Shown here one piece after another: positions 12,191 through 24,156 of a stretch of 64,000 nucleotides of DNA. Every line of letters starts with the position of its first letter. Positions within the stretch are counted from its first letter, which is position 1. The notes below the pieces were generated by a model. That model did no database searches and was not told the DNA's origin. It saw nothing but the letters and a program-made list of their open reading frames with translations. Origin of the DNA: Macrostomum lignano (Eukaryota). The stretch covers positions 1-64,000 of the forward strand of contig NIVC01000940.1 of NCBI GenBank assembly GCA_002269645.1, read 5' to 3'. The translations under genes were made by a program, and so were the position numbers.

Positions 12191-12631
12191 TGTTCATTTA
12201 CCAGTTCATCGGTAACAACCGATTCCCAAAATAATGTAGGAATTTAGTCATGTAGAATTGAAGGCCCAAGACAGGGGCAAGAAATGCTGGACAAATTGTC
12301 ACTTGTCAAATTGGCACAATGGGGCAATGGAGACAAACATTTGACCGTCTAGATGGTTTAAATTACACCTTGGTTAAGAATGAATACTTGGGCAATGCTA
12401 TGCTAAATTACTATTACAATTCATTCAAATGCTATGCGACTCAACAAATGTCATGTGCTGTGCTTCAAAAGCATTTTTGCTCTTTTTGTCCCGCCGAAAA
12501 TTTCTATTATACTCAAGTGTTGCGCGCCTGTCTCCTGCTTAATATAATTCATTCACAAATACAGAGAATTCGCTGTTGTGTTGCTGAGCCATTAATTGTA
12601 GGGCTCAATACTTATGTATGTTTTACCGCAA

Positions 12632-13037
12632 TCCATTCACTGGCTAAGCAAGTCTGTTGCTGTCCCATTCACTGGCTAAGCGAGTCTGTTGCTGTCCCAT
12701 TCACTGGCTAAGCGAGTCTGTTGCTGTCCCATTCACTGGCTAAGCGAGTCTGTTGCTGTCCCATTCACTGGCTAAGCGAGTCTGTTGCTGTCCCATTCAC
12801 TGGCTAAGCGAGTCTGTTGCTGTCCCATTCACTGGCTAAGCGAGTCTGTTGCTGTCCCATTCACTGGCTAAGCGAGTCTGTTGCTGTCCCATTCACTGGC
12901 TAAGCGAGTCTGTTGCTGTCCCATTCACTGGCTAAGCGAGTCTGTTGCTGTCCCATTCACTGGCTAAGCGAGTCTGTTGCTGTCCCATTCACTGGCTAAG
13001 CGAGTCTGTTGCTGTCCCATTCACTGGCTAAGCGAGT
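12632..13037. repeat. 32-bp minisatellite
   Basis: About 12 copies of GTCTGTTGCTGTCCCATTCACTGGCTAAGCGA. Confidence 0.95.
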
Positions 13038-13670
13038 TTGATCGCTAAAGATTCGCTGGATTCATCCGAAAACGCGGGCACTCAGGTTGGGGGATTTGAC
13101 GGGATGAGTCACGGAACGGCATCCGATCCCCATCATTTCTTTCATATTTTATGCGCCATTTGTGAGCTCCTTGCGCTATAAAGCGCAATGCTCACTCTCT
13201 GAGCAGTGCGGAGAGCCAGGTGCTTGAGTGCACCGAGCTCGGCGTTTTCATGACCTCCCAGCCGAGGTGATGGCGGTCATAATTTGTAATGATCCCATCT
13301 GCTGCCCGAGCTGCTCCATCTGCTCATGATGCGGCAGCCGCTGGGGAGTCGTTTTTCTGACTGAGTGGCTGGCTTTGAGCCGCGCACCGCGCCATAAAAT
13401 CGCAGGGCCCGACCGAGTTCGGGGCCCTCGCAATCGAGTCCATAAATTATTTGATTCCGCGATTTCCGCGCGAAGATCTTCGGCGGGGTTTGGCCGCGGG
13501 GAGATTTATTGATTTTCGAGGCGAATGTTCATCTGCATCGGTTGCTTGCTAATCCGATTTTCTCAGGCAGGAAAAGTGAGCAATCATCTCGAATTCACAG
13601 GTGTCAGAGTTTATCCGAGTCGGGTGCATTTAAACGAATGAAGCAGCCTAAATTTCGCTTATTAAGAGCC

Positions 13671-13978
13671 GGGAATCCTTGTAGCCTAGTGGTTAGAGCG
13701 TCGGACTCACGGCTGAAAGGTCCGGGTTCGATTCTCGACCAACTCGGAACAATTTGTGTCCTTGATTGAGCAAGACACTTAACTCTGCATTGCTTCAGTT
13801 CACCCAGCATTAGCTGGGATAATTGAGGGTGTGCGGCGACCCCCCCCCCCAGTCCTTGGACTGAACAGCCGTCCGCAGCCTTCAGGTGTGCCGTGCAATA
13901 GCTGCGGCTGAGCTGTCGGTTGCACATCTGGCCCAACTGGGGCAGGTGCAATCAATTATTATTATCATTACCTATCTT
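13671..13978 (+). mobile_element. tRNA-derived SINE with CORE-like central domain (copy 1)
   Basis: A box TAGCCTAGTGG (13682), B box GGTTCGATTC (~13725), central TGTGTCCTTG..AGCAAGACACTTAACTCT..GCTTCAGTT resembling the MIR CORE, and an (ATT)n tail. Homologous to 15762-16076. Confidence 0.8.
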
Positions 13979-14132
13979 TAATCCTGTATAAGTTTTCGAA
14001 TGCTTTTACTGTCTAGCTTAGATCGAAATAAATACACATTAAAGTAGGATTATCCAGGCGTGCATGAATCCAGTCCCTCTGATGGGCAACATTGCTGCAC
14101 TGCCAATAATTGTTGCTAGCCACTTATGCTCG

Positions 14133-15122
14133 CAAGAGGCTGAAGCGCAATCGAGTCGAGCCTGATGCTTTCAAGGGAGAAGTGGTGTGGAGCTACTCCC
14201 AGCACACTGGGCTCAACTCCAGTGTTTTTCAGAGCGAGGTGCTTGCCATCAGCTCCTGCGCGGCAGAGCTGCGCCGAAGGCAGCTTAGCGGCCGGAAATT
14301 TATTTTTCACTCTGACAGCCAAGCAGCCCTTCGGGCCCTCTGCCGCAGCACCGCCAGCTCCAGGTCCGTCCTGGACTGCAACACCCAGCTCAACGGGCTT
14401 GCGCTAGGCAACCAGGTGGAGCTCAGATGGATCCCGGGCCACGCCGGCTTCCTCGGCAACGAGCGCGCTGACCTGCTGGCCAAGGCTGGCTCCGCCGGCG
14501 CGCTATTGGGGCCGGGCCCGGGTGCCCCCATCCCCGCCTCGGTGATCAATTCCCGCGTTAAGCGCTGGGCTGACTCCGAGCATCTCCGCAGGTGGCACGA
14601 CACCCGGAATTGTAGGCAATCCCGTGCTGCCGTCCCCTGTCCCTCTCCTCTCCTGCGTAGAGCCCTCCTCAGGCTCAACCGCAGAGACCTCAGAGCAGTT
14701 AGCATGGCCCTCTCCGGGCATGGCTGCTTCTCTCGCCACCGCTTCCTTCAGGGCCAAGTACCCGAGGAGCGGTGCCCCTTCTGCCGCTCAGGCAGTGAAA
14801 ACGCCGAGCATTTTATCTGCCACTGCCCGGTTTTCACCAGGGCCAGGCTTACTCACCTCGGGCCAAACCCGGTTCTCTCCGACGTTTGCAGGCCCGAGAG
14901 CATCCCACTGCTCGCCCGGTACCTCAGGGACACCGGACGAGCTGATTTCTTCCCCACCGTCGGTGAGGAGGACCGCGCTGCAGGCGAGACCGACGGGTCC
15001 CCCTGAGCGACACCACTTCAACGGAAGTCGTTGGTCGCCAGGGGCTAGCGGAATGGGCGGTCTCCTCCGCCTCCTCGCTGCATCCGCCGGACGCCCCCTG
15101 CAGCTAAGTCAAGTAAGTCAAG
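14133..15122 (+). mobile_element. 5'-truncated non-LTR retrotransposon (I/R1/Loa group): RNase H domain, CCHC knuckle, 3' UTR and short-repeat tail
   Basis: Open frame to 15006 with FHSDSQAAL, WIPGHAGFLGNERADLLAKAG, SGHGCF and CPFC..ENAEHFICHCP. Tail TAAGTCAAGTAAGTCAAG. 7-bp TSD ATGCTCG at 14126-14132 and 15123-15129. Confidence 0.88.
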
Positions 15123-15179
15123 ATGCTCGATCGTCAATCGAAATCGAAGCTGTATATAGCAGGCATTTGTTTATATGCA

Positions 15180-15450
15180 ATACTGTGACGGGGGTTCGGG
15201 TCGTAAATTTGTAAATTTTCTCTACGAGAGGCACAATAATAGCGCATTGCGATTGGGGTCTCCGGGGGGGGGTCAGTGACTCGCGCCAGACCGCCGCAAT
15301 GCAGGAGTGTACAACGAGCTCAGGGGGATCCGTGCAGAATTCGGTCTCCAGAAACTGGTTCACCACCAGCCCGGCTGAACTGTAAACTGTCCAGAATGTG
15401 GGCGAATTCGGGGGCCAGCACAGGTCTGGGAGCCGGTGCCCCAGACGGTG
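15180..15450 (-). pseudogene. Possible decayed Tc1/mariner transposase C-terminal relic
   Basis: WPPNSP motif followed by CIAAVW and FTTR, resembling WPPNSPDLNP..W...AW...F..R. The catalytic DLNPLD segment is absent. Confidence 0.3.
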
Positions 15451-15761
15451 GTATCGAGATCGAAGTTCCCGATTCCGGTCGCTGTGATAGGAAGAATCGA
15501 GAACAAAAAGCTTTGAACTTCCTTCTCTCTGCACTGTTTTATTCAGCACAGACAGACCTTGTGTTTGTCTGTCTATACGAGCTACGGTTTGCAGCTTGTT
15601 TATGCCGGCATTGAGGGCCTGCCAAAATGCCAGTCTGCCAATTTGCGGTGCCAGATGTGCTCTCGTGCAGTTAAAATTGCATCAAGTTTTATCCTAGGTA
15701 GACTTCTGGGGGCACCTCAATTTATGGAATTGCTTCTGGAGTTCTTGTGGTTTTGCTGTTT

Positions 15762-16076
15762 GGGGGTTGTAGCCTAGTGGTTAGAGCGTGGGACTCACGA
15801 CTTGAAGGGCAGGGGTTCGATTCCCGATCCCACCGGAACAATTTGTGTCCTTGAGCAAGACACTTAACTCTACATTGCTTCAGTTCACCCAGCTGCAAAA
15901 TGGGTATCAGCATTAGCTGGGGGGGGGGGTAATTGAGGGTGTGTGTGGTGACTCCCCAGTCCTTGGACTGAACAGCCGTACGCAGCCTTCAGATGCGCCG
16001 CGCAATGGCTGCGGCTGAGCTGTCGGTTTTACATCTGGCCCAATTGAGGCAAGGTGTAACCAATTATTATTTTATT
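15762..16076 (+). mobile_element. tRNA-derived SINE with CORE-like central domain (copy 2)
   Basis: GGGGGTTGTAGCCTAGTGGTTAGAGCG, B box GGTTCGATTCCC, TGTGTCCTTGAGCAAGACACTTAACTCTACATTGCTTCAGTTCACCCAGCTGCAAAATGGGTA, AT-rich tail. Confidence 0.82.
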
Positions 16077-17434
16077 ATGGTAGCATTGCTTCTGTGCACT
16101 GTGAATTGGTTCGAGTAAGTTCGCGCTACACGATCGAATGTTGCACTCCACAGTCCTGCACGACAGCCAAAAATGCTTGCAGTGTGGCATGGTGAAGCAG
16201 ATTGCTGCACAAGTAGCTAATTAACAAGTTCAGGTCAGCCTGGCTCGCTGAGCACACATTTAGCCAGAGACTCAAGCCAGGGTTGAGTGCAGCTACACAC
16301 AGTAGCCAGTTAGAGTCCGATAGAGTCGAATATCTGGGGGGGGGGGGGGGTTGCCAACTCCGCAGTCTCCAAGCGCTTGTTGGTGCGTGCAGCTAAAAAA
16401 CCGAGCAATAAACCCGTCAGCGAGGACTTCTTGCCTGCCGCTGCACTGGTGCTTTAATAATAGATAAGAGCAGCGGTGCTCTGATTGATTGCAGTGCCGG
16501 CAGCAGCAGCAGCAGCAGCTAGTTAGCAGCAGGCAAGCATTTGTCAGCAGCCCCTGCATACATAGCGATTGCTCTCTCTCCCTCTCTCTCTCTCTCGATC
16601 CCGCTCGGCCTGCCTCAAAGCCGCTTGTTGCAAAAATGGCACCACACAGAGAGCTCGCCCGCTCGTATGTGCCCGAGTGGTGTGGGGGGGGGGGGCTGAT
16701 AAGAAAAAGCACTCGCGCACTCTGCGGCAGTCAAGCACTCTGTAATGTATCATAGAAGAAGCCAATTGAAGAAAAAGCAGACGCGGCTGCAGCCAACGCA
16801 AAGAGACAGCCTCAGATTTTTATATTAAAGCGGGCCCAGTCCGAGCCGCGGCTATCCGTGCATCTGTGCGATAAGGGCTTGCAAATGTTGGATTGCGGCA
16901 GGCAGCTCTGCCGCTGGCGCGATGTGCGATTACAGCCAATTGATGATCCAAAATCAGCGAAAGGGGAGGCCGATGCGCAGAGAAACAGCGGTAGGCCAGC
17001 GTAAACACTTGCGGCCTGTAGGCATTTTTTATGGCTTAAAAACTTCCTTTTGCTCTGCGAATGATTTTTGCTTTCCCTCTGATATTTTCCGGAGCGCCTT
17101 TCTGTGACTGCGGCGGCGCTCGCGGCCTGTGTTTGTTTGCCCGTGTTTACAGCAATGCGCTATCAATTTGCGCAATTATTGCTAATCCGGCTGTCCCCGC
17201 AACTGCCTGGCAGGCCGATCTGCGCAGTCTGCGACTCCCCGCCTTGCGGCTCCGGCCTTGCCGAGTTCTGTGCGAGTTCGAGTCGAAAATTAGGCTTTTG
17301 CGCGGCTGCGCGCGCGTGCGAAATTCGATATGAGAATTGAATTGATAATCAGTGCTGGGGGCTGCTCGGCATTGGCTGGCATGGAAACTGGCCCGCGGAC
17401 TGGCGGCTCTGAGCGGCCAGCTTTGGAGATGGGT

Positions 17435-17712
<278 letters not shown>

Positions 17713-18334
17713 AGACATGTAATCGGAGAGGAGAGCAGGCAGACATGACTTATTACTCGAAATCAGTTACAGATCCAGACGATCTGTGGATTAACTTTGG
17801 ATGCACCCCTGCTTGAAAAAAAACAAGAAAAAGAATCATTTGAATAATAATTTTTCGTAGCAAAGCGCAGACAGCAGAGTTGCTGCCAGCTTCAAGACTG
17901 ATGCACTTTAAATTTTCAAATATTGTTTGTTTTCAACTATTTAGACTGAAATTGCAAAACAGGTTTTTTCAATGCTAAAAACAGAGACTCAGGCCGGCAG
18001 GCGGGCAGTGCCTTGCATAGTTTGTACGGTATGAAAATTGCAGTTATGAACAAGGACCACCAAAAATGCATATTAAAATTGAAGAGGCCAGCGGCAGTTA
18101 GCGGGTGAGCGAATTGTACACAGACGTTTGCGAAAGCAGATTAAATACAGATTTGAGGATGCAGATTTAGCTAGCAAAAATTATATATATTTTCTTCAGC
18201 AAAGCCAGGCAAAAGCCAGAGTGTGGTGTGCGCACGTGTGGTCCGAAAAAAATAACTTCTCATGTAGAGTTTGCAATAATTCCATGAATTAACACGAAGT
18301 CTTTGTGTATTGCTGTGAGGCATTGCGGTTTCCG

Positions 18335-19040
18335 GTCATTGATAATCCGGGGATTAGGAATAAATTCTCAAGTCACTGATAATCCTGGGATTAGGAATAA
18401 ACTCTCAAGGTCACTGATAATCCGGGGATTAGGAATAACCTTTTAAGGTCATTGATAATCCGGGGATCGGGAATCAAGGTCGCTGATAATCCGGGGATTA
18501 GGAATCAAACTTTAAGGTCACTGATAATCCGGAGATTAGAAATCAAGGTCGCTGATAATCCGGGGATTAGGAATAAAGGTCGCTGATAATCCGGGGATTA
18601 GGAATCAAGGTCACTGATAATCCGGGGATCGAGAATCAAGGTCACTGATAATCCGGGGATCGAGAATCAAGGTCACTGATAATCCGGGGATTAGGAATCA
18701 AGGTCACTGATAATCCGGGGATTAGGAATCAAGGTCACTGATAATCCGGGGATTAGGAATCAAGGTCACTGATAATCCGGGGATCGGGAATCAAGGTCAC
18801 TGATAATCCGGGGATCGGGAATCAAGGTCACTGATAATCCGGGGATTAGTAATCAAGGTCACTGATAATCCAGGGATTAGTAATCAAGGTCGCTGATAAT
18901 CCGGGGATTAGGAATCAAGGTCACTGATAATCCGGGGATTAGTAATCAAGGTCACTGATAATCCGGGGATTAGTAATCAAGGTCACTGATAATCCGGGGA
19001 TTAGGAGTCAAGGTCACTGATAATCCGGGGATCGGGAGTC
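18335..19040. repeat. 31-bp minisatellite just downstream of the Frizzled stop codon
   Basis: About 22 copies of AAGGTCACTGATAATCCGGGGATTAGGAATC. Confidence 0.95.
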
Positions 19041-19116
19041 GCTGTGCTCGAACTCAGCAGCACATACATGTCCAATATACGCACTTGGCATCTCCCCAAG
19101 TCCGAATCGCTCCAAG

Positions 19117-21186
19117 TCACACCTGAGAGCTGCTCGCCGAGCAGCTGCCGGTCAGCCGACCGCCCTTCCTAGAGGAGCCGCAGCCGCCACCGCTGCCGAT
19201 GCCGCTGACTCCACAGCTGGGTGTCCGCTGATTCGGCAAGCCGCCGACGCCGCCGCCTTGCCGCGCCACCGACGCATAGGGGACGCCGCCAGCGCTGCCA
19301 CCGGCGCCTCGGCGGCCGCCTCCGAAAGACGACTTCCGGCGAAGCAGCACCTGGCAGAAGCAGCGGCGCCACGCGTCCAGCGACTTGCCGTTGACCCAGA
19401 CGACCAAGCCGGCCGGTAGGCCCGCAGCCAGCGACATGAACACCTGCGGGAATGAGATCGATTTGACGCAAATTATAGTTCAGTTGGAATCATTAAAGTT
19501 TGAATGGGGATCTTGGGATTTGGATCATTCGCCTAAGGAGGCGATGTGGCCTGAGTGAGCACCAACCTTGAGCATGTACAGCGCAGACGAGGGCCGGCGC
19601 TCGGGGCTGCAGTCGGCGCCGAGGTCCAGCCGCAGCCCGGAGGCCTCGGCGCAGTGCGGCTTGGCCAGCACGGCCCGCAGGCTGGCAGCCCAGCCGGGCC
19701 GCTCCGCCAGCTCGTAGAAGGCCGCGGACAGCACGCACAGGGTGGGCAAGACGAACAAGAAGGAGAACAGGCTGATCTTCGTCATCAGCTTCTCCAGCCG
19801 GCGGAAGCCGAGGTTGCCGCTCCATTTGAGGCTGTCGCGGACGGTCACGGAGGAGCAGAGGCCGCAGGTCAGAAAGCCCAGGCCCAGCAGCAAGGCGCCG
19901 GCGCACGGCCCGATGACGAAGGCGACCAGGTTGAAGGGCTGCGAGCCGTCCACCACGCACAGGTGGGTGAGCTCGTCGGCCTCGATGCGGTGCAGCACCA
20001 GCAGCAGCACGCTGAGCAGCAGGGGGAGGCCCCAGGCCGCCAGGTGCATCCACACCGACTTGGCCGACAGGGCCTCGTGCGCCCACTTCTTGACCGCGCA
20101 CAGGTACCAGCAGATTGTGAGGGCCAGCCACCACAGCAGGCCGGCCAGCCAGCTGCTGTACAGCAGGAGGAACACCGCGGCGCACCATTGGCCGGCGTAC
20201 TGGCTGACCAAGTGCCGGTCTCGGCCGTCCAAGCGGTGGCTACTGCAGGCCAGGTCGGGGCCCAGGAAGGCCCGCAGCAGGTGCGCTGCGGAGTACACGG
20301 CGTAGCAGACCGCCACCCACACGATGGGCCGCTCGGGGAACTTGAAGCGGTCGCTGTCCAGCAGGAAGGTGGCCACGGCCATGCCGGTGCAGGCCAGGCA
20401 GAGGCTGGCCCACAGCGTCATCCACACCGAGGCCAGCTGCTTGTCCTCGGCAGAAAACAGCAGGCTGGCGTGGCACCGCGGCGCACAGGAGCTGTTGGGC
20501 TCCTGGCCGAGCCGGACCTCGGCGGCCGAGCACTGTCTGGCACCCGAAGGTGACTCGGCGCCGCTGCGGTTTTTCGGCGGCGGCTGCTGCGGCGGCGGTG
20601 GCGGCGGCGGCGGCAGAGGCCGGTTCGGCCGGTCCTCCATGCCGACATGGTGGACACCGAACGGGTACTTGCGCTGCTTCAAGTTGTCCAGCTCGGCGTT
20701 GAATTCGTCGTGCTTCGGCACCAGGCAGAGGTGCTTGGACTTGCTGGACGGCAGCGGCTCGCAGGCCAGGCGGTCAGGCCAGCCGTAGCCGTGGGTCTGC
20801 ATCACCGGCTCGCAGAGACCGCGTATTCTGAAGCAGAACTCGCGACACGGCCGCACCAACAGATGCTGCTGCTCGTTGCAGAATGGCAGGTGCATGGAGC
20901 AGACGAACAAGCGCAGGAAAGGTGCGCAGCGCGCTTTGATCAGTTCGCTGAACTGGTGCAGCAGAGTGGCCACATCGTTCTGCGTGCCCAGAGCCAAATG
21001 GTCCGATGTGCTGCTGTAGTTCAGGCCTTTGCACATTGGCACAGTTATATCCACTGGGTTGCACTGCGGCGGTCGGCCCAGATCTTCTGGATCACCGCGC
21101 AGGTCGCCTAGCTGGGCCCGGCAGAGGACCAGCCAGCATAGTAGCAGCAGTAGCAGCAGGGGCTGCAGGCGGCAACGCAGCTGCAT
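19117..21186 (-). CDS. FZD: Frizzled receptor, FZD4/9/10-like, 2 exons: 21186-19567 and 19443-19117 (648 aa)
   Basis: Signal peptide, 10-Cys CRD, RFKFPERPIVW, KWAHEAL, EADEL, 7 hydrophobic segments. A 123-bp GT-AG intron joins LYMLK to VFMSL. KSLDAW sits at the KTxxxW position, and the C-terminal SQV is a PDZ-type motif. Confidence 0.93.
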
Positions 21187-22310
21187 TGCCTTTGTTTCGC
21201 ACTTCAGTTGCAGGGAAATCAGGGAGTTTCAGCCTGACACAGTTTCGCGGCTGGATAACTTCTTAGAGGGAGTGTCATTGACTCTTGCTCTTAATGTCTT
21301 GTTTGCGTTTGCCTATATAATTCAGATAATTTCAGACAGTGAGTGCGTGGAGGGCCGGCCGCCTTGGGGGGTTGCGGTTGGTTCAGGGCTCCTAAATTGC
21401 AATGTACGCACAGAGCGGGACAGGCCTGCCGCTATTGGCTGAACAGCCAGCCCCCCAACCCACCCCCTTATTCTAGTCCCTCATTCGTTTTAGCCCAGCG
21501 TGACACCAGGAGAATTCTTCCACGCCCAAGCGCATGCCTCGGCCCAGGGTAATTTTCTCTGGGGCTCCCCTGACCCCCCCACTGGCCTGGCCCCTGAGGC
21601 GTGAGAGAGAAGGCCTGGGCAAGCCCAGGCCGTCATTAATCAACGTCGGAAGTCGCGGTCGGTAAATCCCGCCTCCCCCGAATACCCCCAATCGCTCCCC
21701 CACCGTAAGCGAAACCCTCCAACAGAACAACAAAAAGAAGCCGCCTTTAGGCTGGTCCCCGCTGCCGCCGCCGCCGCCCGTAAAACTGTAAAAAGAGCCC
21801 CCGGCCCCTCGCTGGGTGGAGCAAATAAACCAACATAAAAGAAATTGGGCAAATAAACCACCAAACTTTTGGGGCAAAGAAGGCAGATTGCTCTGAAGCG
21901 TTGGTGGCAGCCAAGGGGCGCTAAAGCATCGGAATTGGAAGTCCCCACTCCGAGGCCATATATTTGCTCCATTCAAAATCCAAACACCTAAGACCTAAGC
22001 AGTGCGATTCGACACTCGACTTGATGGTTGGGTGGGGCAAGTGAAATTGCTTCGAAATCGACACTAATTTGAATGCTTAACCTTTCTTTAGCAAGCCAGC
22101 TGTGTAATCATGTAAGGATTCGGAGCTGGAATCAATGCAAGATGCTTTTGCAGCGTTTGTCTGGGCTTTATAAGCTCGCCCTGGAAAGTGTGGATTTTTG
22201 ACAGCAGCCTGACAGTTGCGAAAGTGGCAAGCACAAAGCACAAACTGACAGAAGCGCGAGTTGGGAATTTTTCAGCCTTCAGTTCTGGGCCTCAGATTCT
22301 AAGCCTCTAA

Positions 22311-22805
22311 GATCGGAGTGGCGCCAGTTCTAGATCGGAGTGGCGCCAGTTCTAGATCGGAGTGGCGCCAGTTATAGATCGGAGTGGCGCCAGTTCTAGA
22401 TTGGAGTGGCGCCAGTTCTAAGATCGGAGTGGCGCCAGCTCTAGATCGGTGTGGCGCCAGTTCTAGATCGGAGTGGCGCCAGTTCTAAGATCGGTGTGGC
22501 GCCAGTTCTAGATCGGAGTGGCGCCAGTTCTAGATTGGAGTGGCGCCAGTTCTAAGATCGGAGTGGCGCCAGCTCTAGATCGGTGTGGCGCCAGTTCTAG
22601 ATCGGAGTGGCGCCAGTTCTAAGATCGGTGTGGCGCCAGTTCTAGATCGGAGTGGCGCCAGTTCTAGATTGGAGTGGCGCCAGTTCTAGATCGGAGTGGC
22701 GCCAGTTCTAGATCGGAGTGGCGCCAGTTCTAGATCGGAGTGGCGCCAGTTCTAGATCGGAGTGGCGCCAGTTCTAGATCGGAGTTGCGCCAGTTCTAGA
22801 TCGGA
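22311..22805. repeat. 22-bp minisatellite upstream of Frizzled
   Basis: About 22 copies of GATCGGAGTGGCGCCAGTTCTA. Confidence 0.95.
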
Positions 22806-23574
22806 TCGGTTCGGTAACAGGGGAAGTTCCGAGGCGGGAACTAGCTCGTACTTTGTCCTGTAACTGAACCTGCACGGCTGCAGCTATAGCAGAGAGCAAT
22901 ATATTTTTTGAAATTTAAAACGCCAACAGCCATTTAGCACTTCGCTACAATTTGTGCATAGCAGCAGCTGCAATTTTGATGGGTAATTAAGTAGCAGCAA
23001 CAGGCAGGTAAAGCAATCCATTTATGACCAGAAACAGAAGTTTTGGCTACAAGAAGAACTGCTGCAGCCACCGCAGAAGTTGCAATTTTCGGAGAACAGC
23101 TTGCAGAAGCGAATTCACTAATATTTGCATGTTCTGCTTGCTACATTCGAGCTTGGCTTCCCCGTCTGCTTTTTTTCGCATTTTCGAAGTAATTCTGTCC
23201 GAGATTCGATGAGGCAGTGTCTTGCTGGCTGGAATCTGGACCCTTGTGATGCAGCTGCCTGCCAATGGTATTTTCTGAGAAATATCAGAAATTCTATCCT
23301 AGCCAAGAGGCTTAGGCGTGAACCGTGGGAAATCAGCATTTGTGTATTCCGGACGGCTTCTCCGGAAATATTTTTTTATTTCTCTTGTCTGGGTGGCTGG
23401 CGGCTGTACTTTGCGAATCCTAAGAATCCGGCAGACGATTGCTTCTGCATATTCTGCATGCTTCACACAGAAATCTGAGGTGTGATTGCTTGCAGGCTTT
23501 GCATTGTGCCTTGCTGTTGCCTTTCTTTTAGGCGAGACTCTCATTGTTGAGTGACTGCCAACTCATCACACCGA

Positions 23575-23651
23575 CAGGGGCGTAGCCAAGGGGGGGGGTC
23601 ATGGGGTGACTGTGACCCCCCCCCCAGAAGGAAATCCTGGCTACGTCACTG
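23575..23651. mobile_element. 77-bp hAT-type micro-MITE
   Basis: TIRs CAGGGGCGTAGCCAAG / CCTGGCTACGTCACTG (13/16 match); 8-bp TSD CACACCGA at 23567-23574 and 23652-23659. Confidence 0.85.
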
Positions 23652-23846
23652 CACACCGAAGTGACAGTGGCAACCCGATGTCCAACTCATCACACCTGAA
23701 GCAACAGTGGCAACCCGATGTCCAACTCATCACACCTGAAGCAACAGTGGCAACCCGATGTCCAACTCATCACACCTGAAGCAACAGTGGCAACCCGATG
23801 TCCAACTCATCACACCTGAAGCAACAGTGGCAACCCGATGTCCAAT
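23652..23846. repeat. 40-bp minisatellite
   Basis: 4-5 copies of CAGTGGCAACCCGATGTCCAACTCATCACACCTGAAGCAA. Confidence 0.9.
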
Positions 23847-23859
23847 TCAGCCCTTCATC

Positions 23860-24035
23860 TGACCGAAATATCACATGACCGAAATATCACATGACCGAAA
23901 TATCATATGACCGAAATATCGCATGACCGAAATATCGCATGACCGAAATATCGCATGACCGAAATATCACATGACCGAAATATCACATGACCGAAATATC
24001 ACATGACAGAAATATCACATGACCGAAACATCACA
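23860..24035. repeat. 16-bp minisatellite
   Basis: About 10 copies of TGACCGAAATATCACA. Confidence 0.92.
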
Positions 24036-24091
24036 ATTGTCTAATGAACTTTCGGTTTTGTGGTACCATGTGTTTCGGCCCCATACAGTAT

Positions 24092-24156
24092 ATCGATACA
24101 AGGACGACTAAAGTAACGTAGCTCGTATATATCTACTTAGTAGTCCTTGGATCGAT
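24092..24156. ncRNA. Candidate pre-miRNA-like hairpin (65 nt)
   Basis: ATCGATACAAGGACGACTAAAGTA pairs with TACTTAGTAGTCCTTGGATCGAT (2 mismatches, 1 bulge) around an 18-nt loop. No known family recognised. Confidence 0.3.

Noticed and set aside
13160-13340. Possible snRNA or SL RNA (Sm-site-like ATAATTTGT, short hairpins)
   Set aside because: No recognisable U1/U2/U4/U5 or spliced-leader 5' sequence; the motif alone is too short to support a call.
13682-15830. tRNA genes at the A/B-box sequences (13682 and 15769)
   Set aside because: No complete cloverleaf or acceptor stem; both continue into a shared SINE body.
19493-21111. Long antisense and alternative-frame ORFs over Frizzled (also over PKD2 exon 4 and TXNDC11 exon 5)
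   Set aside because: These are expected shadows of high-GC3 coding sequence and show no independent motifs.
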